Origin: an uncultured Candidatus Saccharibacteria bacterium
Lineage (GTDB): Bacteria > Patescibacteriota > Dojkabacteria > J137
Assembly: GCA_964437465.1 (NCBI GenBank)
Contig: CAYTGI010000008.1
Span: 1 to 33,708, forward strand
Reading direction: 5' to 3'
Length of the DNA: 33,708 bases
In this document: positions 18,577 through 26,872 of the stretch, one piece after another
How positions within the stretch are numbered: position 1 is the stretch's first letter
How the letters are laid out: each line of letters begins with the position of its first letter
Made by a program: the position numbers and the translations under genes
The notes under the pieces: generated by a model
The model's database searches: none
What the model saw: the letters and a program-made list of their open reading frames with translations, nothing else
What the model was told of the DNA's origin: nothing

Positions 18577-19618
18577 TTCTATAAACGTAGTAATCAAATA
18601 GTCTATTTAAATAATACATAGGAGTATTATTACAAACCTCATATGTTCCTGAAAAACTCATTATTTCTCCGGGAAACTTCATCTTAAAGTTACTCATACT
18701 CCTCCAAACATGATCAATTCCTTTAGGAACAACTCCCCACATACTGTATTGACTATAGCCATGCTCAATAGCATTTTTTATAATCGTCCAATGTAGAAAA
18801 TACGGAGCAGCTAACTTCGAAAGTTCTGGATCAGATGTAGAGCCTCCGTGAGAGTAGAAGATAGTTGTTTCGTTATAGTTAATTAGAGCTCCAGCGATTG
18901 TTTTTCCTTCGAACTTTGCTAAGAATACTCTAGTTATAGGTTTGATATCTTTCGTCTTTAAATCAACATTCAGAGCCTTCCACTGATCAATAAAGTATGA
19001 GTCATTAAAGTTTTGAAAACCTTTTCTTTCTTTTGTCTCATTTAAAATGTTTACAAACTCTCTAACTTCTTCTTCACTTGTTGCTTCAACTATCTCAACT
19101 CCTAATTTCTCAGCCCTTCTTACATAATACCTAGTATCTTTTTTAAAACTCATTAATGTTTTTTCTTCATTCTCTTTAAAATCAATCACCCACATATCTT
19201 TGGCCTGGCCTGGAGAAAATGATTTTTTCCATCCAGTTTTTTCTAATGATTTAATTTTCTCATCTCTTAACAGAGTATCTATTTTAAAATAGTTTAATCC
19301 TTGAGCTTTAATAAACGATTTTGCAAATACTGAAAGGTCAATAAGAAAATTCTCCAAATCATTTTCTATTACTTTTTCCAACAATACAGGGCTATGTGGT
19401 GAGTAGGCATATTTAGCTATTTTTCTTCTAAAAATTTCAATATATAAAGTACCTACTACTTCGTCATCTTTCTTAATCCAGAATCGTTTGGTATTTTTAC
19501 CTATGCTTTTTTGAAACTCTATCCAGTCATATAAGGTTAGGAATGAAGAAAAACCTTCATAATTAATTTTGTCCCATAACTCTTTCTCATTGTTAAACTC
19601 CTCAAAGGTATACGTCAT
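18563..19618 (-). CDS. FemAB/FemX-like peptidyltransferase
   Basis: SFLTLYDW, YSPHSPV, FKKDTRYYVRRAEKLGV, YSHGGS, YFLHW, YSMWG, NFKMKFPG. Confidence 0.88.
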   Translation of the reverse strand: MTYTFEEFNNEKELWDKINYEGFSSFLTLYDWIEFQKSIGKNTKRFWIKKDDEVVGTLYIEIFRRKIAKYAYSPHSPVLLEKVIENDLENFLIDLSVFAKSFIKAQGLNYFKIDTLLRDEKIKSLEKTGWKKSFSPGQAKDMWVIDFKENEEKTLMSFKKDTRYYVRRAEKLGVEIVEATSEEEVREFVNILNETKERKGFQNFNDSYFIDQWKALNVDLKTKDIKPITRVFLAKFEGKTIAGALINYNETTIFYSHGGSTSDPELSKLAAPYFLHWTIIKNAIEHGYSQYSMWGVVPKGIDHVWRSMSNFKMKFPGEIMSFSGTYEVCNNTPMYYLNRLFDYYVYRNDRY

Positions 19619-19655
19619 GGGTTAATTATACACAAGGAAAATGTTGTTAGCTATA

Positions 19656-19685
19656 AGTTGCTAGTTGCTAGTTGCTAGTTGCTAG
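19656..19685. repeat. Tandem heptamer array (AGTTGCT)x4; reads (CTAGCAA)n on the - strand
   Basis: Four exact copies at 19656..19683 plus AG. Confidence 0.95.
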
Positions 19686-19727
19686 AAAATTATAAGATCC
19701 TGATCGAAATTAACAATTATTAATTAG

Positions 19728-20879
19728 TTAAGAATCTCTTCTCATTGGCATAACCAAATGTATGTAGTTTGGGTCTTCATTATCTTTGAAAACAGAAGCT
19801 GCTAGTGGACCTTTTGTCTCTACAATAATTTTATCTCCTTTAATGTGGTTCACAATATCTTGAAGGTATCTTAATGTATAAGCAGTTTTTAAATCACTAT
19901 CTCCACTTGTATTGGACACAATTACCTCTGTTTCTCCTTCTCCTACTTCAGCAACCGCTGACTTCAATCGTATTTCATTATTTTCAATATCAAAATCGAA
20001 CAGTGTTTTATTTCCTAAATTACCTCTAGCAAAAGTATTTGTAATTTTTATTGCTTCTTCTAAATCTTTCTTTTTTACTTCGTATGTATATTGGAAATCA
20101 TCAGGCATTATTCTTTTATAGTCTGGGTATGGACCCTCGAGTAATCTGACACTAAATTCAATATCATCAAATTTAAAAATAAGTTGTGAACCACTCTCAC
20201 TTAAAAATACTTCTACATTTTCTATCTCTGGATAATCTGAAATAATTCTTGTAAGCTCATTTAGATATCTTGCTGGAACTATTATCTCTTCTTTTTCAAA
20301 ATTTGGATCAATATTTTTAATTTGAACAACTCTTTTAGAAAGTCTAAATCCATCTAGACCTATAAAATGAACTTCATTTTGCTCTTTATCTATTTCAAAG
20401 AAAACTCCTGATTGTTGAATTCTTCCTGCAGAAAGGTCTGTTGAACATGCGAATAATGTTTTATCCATTGATTCAACAAAATCTATAGTACTAATTGTAA
20501 AAATTGGTTTCTCAGTTGTTTTTGGAAGAACTGGAAATTCATCTGAAGGAATTGTTGTGAATGTTGCTTTAGATTTTGAAGTTCTTACATAAAGAGTAGA
20601 ATCTCTAAGTTCTAAAGTAATATTGTCATCACTTGAAGTTGCTGAAACAAAGTCAGAAATGTATTTAGCATTTACTGTTATTGTTCCCTCGTCTTCAACC
20701 TGACAGTCTATCCACATCTGTATACCCATATCTAAGTTTGTTGCCGCTAGTTTTAATGCATTCTCAGAAGAAGATAAAAGTACGTTAGAAAGTATAGGTA
20801 TATTAGGCTTTCCGCTTACTGATTTACTAGAGTATCCTAGTGCTTTTGAGAGTTTTGAATGTTTTAAAGTTACCTTCAT
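19728..20879 (-). CDS. dnaN: DNA polymerase III beta clamp
   Basis: PILSNVLL, ATNLD, EFPVLP, LDGFRLS, RLLEGPYPDYKRIMP, LVMPMR. Confidence 0.97.
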   Translation of the reverse strand: MKVTLKHSKLSKALGYSSKSVSGKPNIPILSNVLLSSSENALKLAATNLDMGIQMWIDCQVEDEGTITVNAKYISDFVSATSSDDNITLELRDSTLYVRTSKSKATFTTIPSDEFPVLPKTTEKPIFTISTIDFVESMDKTLFACSTDLSAGRIQQSGVFFEIDKEQNEVHFIGLDGFRLSKRVVQIKNIDPNFEKEEIIVPARYLNELTRIISDYPEIENVEVFLSESGSQLIFKFDDIEFSVRLLEGPYPDYKRIMPDDFQYTYEVKKKDLEEAIKITNTFARGNLGNKTLFDFDIENNEIRLKSAVAEVGEGETEVIVSNTSGDSDLKTAYTLRYLQDIVNHIKGDKIIVETKGPLAASVFKDNEDPNYIHLVMPMRRDS

Positions 20880-21306
20880 ATCTATTAATTATTTTAATTA
20901 GAAGTATTTAGTAATAGTGAATGTAAATAAGTGTATAAGTTTTTAAATCTCATTATTATAACAGGAAAACTCTGGTTTTTATTCTGTGGAATAGCAATGT
21001 GAATAAAATTTGCTTCATTTTCATCATTCTTCTTGTATATCAGATTTTGATACATATTCTGTTTGTGTAAAGAATTCTAACAGATTATACAGTAATTATG
21101 GTAATTTCATTGTTGGCTAATGATCAATCTCAAGTGAACAATAATATTTGATCAATTTTCTAGTTATAAAATAGAGGCTCTATGTCACCATAGTTGAAAC
21201 ACATTAGACCCGAAGTATAAGTAGAGTAGCATTTTCCACAAACAAGTAATCACTCAATACCCTTTCTGTTATATTTAATTAAAATATATTTTTGTATTTA
21301 TCCACA
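20880..21306. other. Replication origin oriC (DnaA boxes and DUE)
   Basis: TTWTNCACA matches at 21298..21306 (TTATCCACA), 21232..21240 and 20998..21006 (-); near matches at 20922..20938, 20985..20993 and 21064..21072; AT-rich trio-like tract 20881..20920; lies between dnaA and dnaN. Confidence 0.85.
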
Positions 21307-21330
21307 GTATTAAAATCGATATAGCAAATG

Positions 21331-21359
21331 TTGACCAAATTAGCTAACAAAGATAATAT
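21331..21359 (+). promoter_or_regulatory. Putative sigma70 promoter of the orphan at 21410
   Basis: TTGACC-N17-TAATAT, 24 nt from the perfect DnaA box. Confidence 0.55.
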
Positions 21360-21409
21360 GGTTATGTATCCAAATGAAGGAGACATACTTTAATTATTAA
21401 TATTTTATT

Positions 21410-21787
21410 ATGGCAATGAGTGTTATTGACGAAACTGAAACTCAGGAAACTACTGTAATTTCCCCAAATTTCTTAGAAACACAAGAAGATCTTCCACAAG
21501 TTACACTGAATGATGAGGATCCCGGTTATTTTGCGGAGAAATATAGGCATATTATAGGAACAGGAATGGAACAAAATATAAGGAAATTTGGTATCAGTGC
21601 ATTTAATTCCTTTTTTGATGGAATAGATTTTAGAAATCCACATCATCACCAACCATCGCTCATTAGGAAAATGCAAACATATATTCAATTTGGCATTGAT
21701 GCAGGAAAATATTCTATAGAGGAACTTCCAGAAAACTATAGAAATATTCTAGAATATAATCCTTATAATAGATATGCTGAAGCTTAA
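21410..21787 (+). CDS. Hypothetical protein between oriC and dnaA
   Basis: 125-aa ATG ORF with an upstream promoter; stop overlaps the dnaA stop (TTAA). Confidence 0.7.
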   Translation: MAMSVIDETETQETTVISPNFLETQEDLPQVTLNDEDPGYFAEKYRHIIGTGMEQNIRKFGISAFNSFFDGIDFRNPHHHQPSLIRKMQTYIQFGIDAGKYSIEELPENYRNILEYNPYNRYAEA

Positions 21788-23190
21788 TCTATATCTTCAG
21801 TTACAACAGCACTATCGTTGATTGTAGTTATGATCTTTGAGATCTGTAGATTAAACTCATCTTGAAGCATCATCTTACTTTTAATCTTATCCAGAGCATG
21901 GAGTACAGTTGTGTGATCTTTTCGACTTAGAAAAGACGCAACTTGCTCCAGCTTGTAATTAAACTCTTCTCGAAGAATATACATAGCAACTTGCCTAGCA
22001 AGAGCTAGATCTTTTGTTCTTCTAGGACCTTTCATGTCTTTAACTTTTACTCCAAAACTTTTCGAAACTTCCCTTAAAACTTTCGGAACTTTAACTTGTT
22101 CTCTTCTACTTTTAGCATCTCTTCCAAGCATATGCGCAACTTCTTCAAGAGTTAGATCTCCGTTAGGTTTCATTTGATTGAATAATGAAACTTTTTGAAG
22201 AGCACCTTCAAGTTCACGAACGTTATCAGTTATTGATCTAGCAATAAATTCTAATATTTTTTGATTCAAATCAATTCCAAGTGTTGCTGCTTTCTTTTCA
22301 ACAATAGCTAATCGCATCTCAAAGTCAGGCTGTCCTACATCTGCAACCATACCTCCTTGTAGTCTAGATTTAAGTCTACTTTCTAAGTTTTTTATATCAT
22401 CAGGTTTTCTATCAGCAATAATTACAATCTGTTTTCCTGCGTTATAAAGCTCGTTAAATGTATTGAAAAATTCATCTTGAGTTTGAACCCATTTTGAAAT
22501 TAGCTGAATATCATCAATTATTAAAAGATCCATAGCTCTATATTTTTTTCTAAATCGTTCCATCTGACCAGTTTTAATTCCACGAACCATATCGTTTAAG
22601 AAATTTTCTGATGGGGTATAAATAATTTTTCTTGATATATTTCTTTCTAACATTCCAATTCCAATTGCTTGAGCAAGATGAGTTTTTCCTACACCAGTCT
22701 TTCCATGAATAAATAGAGGATTATAAACTTGTCCTGGATTTTCAATAGCAGCAATTGCTGCTGCATGAGCAATTCTATTAGCGTTTCCAACTACAAAATT
22801 TGAAAGAGAGTATTTTGTATTTAATCCTGAGTCTTCAATCGCTTTAATAACCGACCCCATTACTCCGTTTTCAGTAGCTAGAAGGGGAGACTCATCTGCT
22901 GAAGGTTTTTTTTCTACTTGAGAGGAGTTAATTGCAACTCTAAATATAGGTTGAAGGGTAGCTCCGTAAACATAAGTTAATGTGTCTTGAATTAATTTTT
23001 CATGTCTCATTTTTAACCAGTCTGCAGTATAGGGATTAGGAACACCGATTATCGCTTTTTTACCCTCTATTTGTGTAAGTTCAGTATCTTGAAAAAAAGT
23101 TTTGAACTGTGCAGGTGCATCGAGTTTAATCTCAAGCTGAGCTAATGTGGTTTTCCAAAGTTCTTTTGGTTCTTTAATCTTCATAGCCAT
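21784..23190 (-). CDS. dnaA: Chromosomal replication initiator DnaA
   Basis: NFVVG..N, YNPLFIHGKTGVGKTHL, IDDIQ, QDEFFNTFN, RELEGAL, ARQVAMY, RKDHTTVLHA. Confidence 0.98.
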   Translation of the reverse strand: MAMKIKEPKELWKTTLAQLEIKLDAPAQFKTFFQDTELTQIEGKKAIIGVPNPYTADWLKMRHEKLIQDTLTYVYGATLQPIFRVAINSSQVEKKPSADESPLLATENGVMGSVIKAIEDSGLNTKYSLSNFVVGNANRIAHAAAIAAIENPGQVYNPLFIHGKTGVGKTHLAQAIGIGMLERNISRKIIYTPSENFLNDMVRGIKTGQMERFRKKYRAMDLLIIDDIQLISKWVQTQDEFFNTFNELYNAGKQIVIIADRKPDDIKNLESRLKSRLQGGMVADVGQPDFEMRLAIVEKKAATLGIDLNQKILEFIARSITDNVRELEGALQKVSLFNQMKPNGDLTLEEVAHMLGRDAKSRREQVKVPKVLREVSKSFGVKVKDMKGPRRTKDLALARQVAMYILREEFNYKLEQVASFLSRKDHTTVLHALDKIKSKMMLQDEFNLQISKIITTINDSAVVTEDID

Positions 23191-23217
23191 TATTGAAAAA
23201 TTATAAACTACAATATC

Positions 23218-23248
23218 TAAATCCTAAATCTTTAGAATTTAGGATTTA
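23218..23248. promoter_or_regulatory. 12-bp inverted repeat upstream of dnaA
   Basis: TAAATCCTAAAT, 7-nt loop, ATTTAGGATTTA. Confidence 0.55.
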
Positions 23249-23256
23249 TTTAATAT

Positions 23257-23272
23257 ATATCCACGTGGATAA
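23257..23272. promoter_or_regulatory. Two overlapping inverted DnaA-box-like sites
   Basis: ATATCCACG and CGTGGATAA form the 14-bp palindrome TATCCACGTGGATA upstream of dnaA. Confidence 0.6.
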
Positions 23273-23361
23273 GTTGTAAAGAAGAAATTTATTATAAATT
23301 AACAATTACTAATTAATAATTGAAAATTAGACTGCTATAATTAGTAAATTAAGAAATACTT

Positions 23362-23739
23362 ATGATTAAAAGTTTACCCTTTTCAGTTTTCTACTGTGAG
23401 TCTGTAGAAAATACTTATAGTTTTTGGAAATCATTAGACTTTAATATTTTGAATAAAGAAGAAGATAAGATTGTGGTAGGGTTTTCAGATTTTGAGATTC
23501 ATTATATATTAGATTCAACTGAGCCTTTTAAAGAATATCAATTTGCAACCAGAAAAGAAGGTAGAGGTAATGGAGTTCTAATTTACTTTGAAATTGGTCA
23601 AATTGAAGAGTTTAAAAATAAAGTAGGGAAGCTGAAGACAGAAGTGATTACTGATATAAAAGAAAATCATTGGGGTGGAAGAGAATTTATGTTTTCCGAT
23701 CCTGATGGTTTTTTGTTTGTTGCCTATTCAATGAATTAA
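23362..23739 (+). CDS. VOC/glyoxalase/bleomycin-resistance family protein
   Basis: SFWKSLDF, GVLIYFEI, HWGGREFMFSDPDG. Confidence 0.88.
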   Translation: MIKSLPFSVFYCESVENTYSFWKSLDFNILNKEEDKIVVGFSDFEIHYILDSTEPFKEYQFATRKEGRGNGVLIYFEIGQIEEFKNKVGKLKTEVITDIKENHWGGREFMFSDPDGFLFVAYSMN

Positions 23740-23764
23740 TCAATTACTAATTAGTTTAAAACTT

Positions 23765-24238
23765 ATGATTTTAGAATTTGGAGAGAAACATCCTGAAGCT
23801 GAGTATAGAAAATCAATTGGAGCAGTTATTTTTAATCCTGAAAAAACAAAAGTCTTAGGATTGGATTGGCATATTTATTCTGTATACGGAATTGTTCAAG
23901 GAGGTCAGGATGAAGGTGAAACTGAAGTACAAACGCTTAAAAGAGAAATTGTTGAAGAGACAGGATATCAAAACTTTGAGATCATTGAGAAACTTGGAGA
24001 TAATATATTTTCATATTTTTACGCTGATAATAAAGGCCTTTGGAGAAAACTAGAACTAGCTTGTTACAAAGTTGAACTTATAAATTTAGAACAAGATGAG
24101 CAGGAGCTTGAAGATAACGAAGATTTTGACCTTAAATGGGTTTATATCGATGAATTTATAGGAATGATTGATAAGCATACTCCTACAAAATCACAAAACT
24201 TCTTGGGATTAAGAGAATTTTTGTTAAGAGCTAAATAA
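23765..24238 (+). CDS. NUDIX hydrolase
   Basis: Nudix box GGQDEGETEVQTLKREIVEETGY. Confidence 0.9.
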   Translation: MILEFGEKHPEAEYRKSIGAVIFNPEKTKVLGLDWHIYSVYGIVQGGQDEGETEVQTLKREIVEETGYQNFEIIEKLGDNIFSYFYADNKGLWRKLELACYKVELINLEQDEQELEDNEDFDLKWVYIDEFIGMIDKHTPTKSQNFLGLREFLLRAK

Positions 24239-24282
24239 TTAATTAAAAGTATGTCCTATTTGCAGAGTGAGCTATAATTTTT

Positions 24283-24352
24283 CTAGCAACTAGCAACTAG
24301 CAACTAGCAACTAGCAACTAGCAACTAGCAACTAGCAACTCACAACTCACAA
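24283..24352. repeat. Tandem heptamer array (CTAGCAA)x8 + (CTCACAA)x2
   Basis: Eight exact copies at 24283..24338, then two variant units. Confidence 0.95.
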
Positions 24353-24360
24353 CTTCCCAC

Positions 24361-24369
24361 TGCTATAAT
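24361..24369 (+). promoter_or_regulatory. Extended -10 (TGCTATAAT) 6 nt before the yidD ATG
   Basis: TGnTATAAT consensus at a spacing that implies a leaderless mRNA. Confidence 0.6.
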
Positions 24370-24375
24370 TTAAAT

Positions 24376-24663
24376 ATGAAAATGATCTTAAACTTACCAA
24401 AACAAATAGTATTAATGCTTATACGTTTCTATCAAAATTTTCTTTCAATTGATCAATCTTTCTGGGGTAGAAAGACAGGGATAAAGGTTTGTATTCACGA
24501 ACCTAAGTGTTCAGAATATACTTACCAAGCTATTGATAAACATGGAATTCTAAAGGGCTCCATTATGGGGTTTTTTAGAATTATGAGATGTAATCCTTTT
24601 AATGAAGGTGGGCATGATCCTGTTCCTGATCATTTTTCAATTAAATCTAACAAGGGTACTTAA
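24376..24663 (+). CDS. yidD: Membrane protein insertion efficiency factor YidD
   Basis: LIRFYQ..LS, CIHEPKCSEY, AI.KHG, RIMRCNPF..GGHDPVP. Confidence 0.93.
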   Translation: MKMILNLPKQIVLMLIRFYQNFLSIDQSFWGRKTGIKVCIHEPKCSEYTYQAIDKHGILKGSIMGFFRIMRCNPFNEGGHDPVPDHFSIKSNKGT

Positions 24664-24703
24664 TTACTAAATCTGGTAATATTAGGTAGTAACAAAAAAT
24701 CTT

Positions 24704-26872
24704 ATGAAAAAAATCGACAGATCTGTCGTAATTGTGTCTTCGCTAATATTTATTTCAGCTTTAGTTTTTGTTGGATTTATTTGGTTGATTAGTAGCGTCC
24801 AAAACGACATAGAAGATAGAGAAAGAAATGATTTTGGGACATTTAGTTCTTGTAGAGATCTTTCAGAATATGTAAATGCTAACTTCATTAATGACTTTTA
24901 TTATGGTATTCCAGAACCTATTCCATTAATAGATTCAATCGATGAATTTTCTATTCAAGAGGACTCAGCTTTAGGAGCGCCTCCTTCATCATCTGGTAGA
25001 GGTGAAAGCAGGGATTTTTCTGAAACAAATATCCAAGTTGAGGGAGTTAATGAAGCTGATATCGTGAAGACAGATGGAAGTAGCTTGTTTGTTATTAATG
25101 ATGTGGAGTTAGTAATTTTTGATGTAAGTGAAATAAATAATCCAATTGAGCTTTCAAGAACTGAAGTTTCAGCTAACCCAATAGAGATGTTTCTTTATGA
25201 AGAAAAGCTAATAATTTTCGGTAGAGACTTTGCTGACTTTAGAAATTCAAACTTAGACGGATCAAGAACTGATGTTGTAGTTTATGATGTTTCGAATTTA
25301 GAAAATCCAAATATTATTCAGGAGATTAGGTTACAAGGAAACTATGTAACTTCAAGAATGATAGACAATAATTTTTATCTAGTAAGTAATTCTTCCTTCT
25401 ATGACTATGGAGAAGTGACTGAAACTGATATAGAAAGATATGTACCATTAATCAGCGATAGAACTGAACGAGAGTACTTCAAAGCTGCTGACTGTAGTGA
25501 AATATCATACTTTGGAAGTACTGTTAATGGTTTCGTTACTATATTGAGTTTAGATGTAGAAAATACTGAATATAACTCTGAAGTGTTACTTGGAGATACT
25601 TCAAATGTTTATATGTCACCTAGTAATCTATACTTGAGCTCTCTTGCATATGAATATGAGGAATACGAAAATGATGATTTTCGGTATGATTTTGAACTTG
25701 ATGTAGATATTAGACCTAAAAGACCCCCTGTTTATCGAGAGATAATTAGTACAAATACTGAAATCTTTAAGCTTGGATTGGATGGAAATAACGTTGAATT
25801 CAGTGGAAAGGGTAGAGTTAGAGGAACTGTTTTAAATCAATTTTCTATGGATGAGAAGGATGGTTATTTCAGAGTTGCTACAACAATAAATGATTGGAAT
25901 GGATGGGGTCCCGATTCCGAAAATGTTTTATATGTATTAAATGAAGATTTAGAAGAAGTTAGTAAGGTTGATGGACTTGGTCTCGATGAAAGAATTTATT
26001 CTGTAAGATACTTTGGTGATAGAGCTTACATGGTTACTTTTAGGCAAGTTGATCCACTTTATGTAATTGATCTTTCGGATCAAGAAAGTCCTGAAGTTTT
26101 AGGAGAGTTAAAAATACCTGGATTTTCTAACTACTTACATCCTTATGATGAAGATCATCTAATTGGAATAGGGAAGGATGCTAGTGAAGTTACTGGAAGA
26201 GCAGAAGGTCTAAAAATTGCACTTTTTGATGTGACTGATGTAACTAACCCTGTTGTAAAAAATGAAATTATAATGGGTGAAACGGGATCAGATTCAGAAG
26301 TGCTGAACAATCATAAAGCTTTTCTTTTTGATAAGGAAAGAGAGTTGATGGTGATACCAGTCAGTATTTATGAAACAGAAGAAGAGACATCAATTGAAGA
26401 AATTCGTGAAAACATCAGATTATATTTTGAAAATCTAAATCTAAGTATAGTTAATATAAATGAATCTGTATCATACATAGAGTTTGATATTATAGACAAA
26501 GGTACTAATCCTGAAGAATTAATCAGAGGACTTGAAGAGATCAAAGGCGTAACCTCTGTGGGTTCTGCTGACCTTGCAGAGGGTAATTTTGGAAGCGATG
26601 AGTTTACCTCATTTACAATATGGTTTTCTTCTGAAGGTAATTCATATCCAACGTTTAAATATAGTGGATTTAGTGTAATTGAAATATCAGAAGATGTTCT
26701 TGAAGTTAGAAATAATATCATCTTTCAAGAAGGCAATGATGATAGATATTACTATAACTATGGAAATTCAAGGTCTTTATATATCGAAGATACTCTATTC
26801 ACAATTATGAATGGGGAAATGAAATTGAATAATATTGAAGATTTAAATCTTTTAGCAGAGATAGATCTATAA
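24704..26872 (+). CDS. Secreted/anchored beta-propeller domain protein (Beta_propel family)
   Basis: FSETNIQVEGVNEADIVKTDG, LNQFSMDE, ERIYSVRY, VTFRQVDPL, LGELKIPGFSNYLHP. Confidence 0.9.
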   Translation: MKKIDRSVVIVSSLIFISALVFVGFIWLISSVQNDIEDRERNDFGTFSSCRDLSEYVNANFINDFYYGIPEPIPLIDSIDEFSIQEDSALGAPPSSSGRGESRDFSETNIQVEGVNEADIVKTDGSSLFVINDVELVIFDVSEINNPIELSRTEVSANPIEMFLYEEKLIIFGRDFADFRNSNLDGSRTDVVVYDVSNLENPNIIQEIRLQGNYVTSRMIDNNFYLVSNSSFYDYGEVTETDIERYVPLISDRTEREYFKAADCSEISYFGSTVNGFVTILSLDVENTEYNSEVLLGDTSNVYMSPSNLYLSSLAYEYEEYENDDFRYDFELDVDIRPKRPPVYREIISTNTEIFKLGLDGNNVEFSGKGRVRGTVLNQFSMDEKDGYFRVATTINDWNGWGPDSENVLYVLNEDLEEVSKVDGLGLDERIYSVRYFGDRAYMVTFRQVDPLYVIDLSDQESPEVLGELKIPGFSNYLHPYDEDHLIGIGKDASEVTGRAEGLKIALFDVTDVTNPVVKNEIIMGETGSDSEVLNNHKAFLFDKERELMVIPVSIYETEEETSIEEIRENIRLYFENLNLSIVNINESVSYIEFDIIDKGTNPEELIRGLEEIKGVTSVGSADLAEGNFGSDEFTSFTIWFSSEGNSYPTFKYSGFSVIEISEDVLEVRNNIIFQEGNDDRYYYNYGNSRSLYIEDTLFTIMNGEMKLNNIEDLNLLAEIDL

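Noticed and set aside
21358-21393. Mini-ORF MVMYPNEGDIL upstream of the oriC orphan
   Set aside because: Only 11 codons and overlapping the predicted -10 box; no supporting evidence.
23191-23361. Possible unannotated rpmH next to dnaA
   Set aside because: No Arg/Lys-rich L34-like reading frame is visible.
24283-24352. Heptamer arrays as CRISPR
   Set aside because: 7-bp head-to-tail units with no spacers, and no cas genes in the window.
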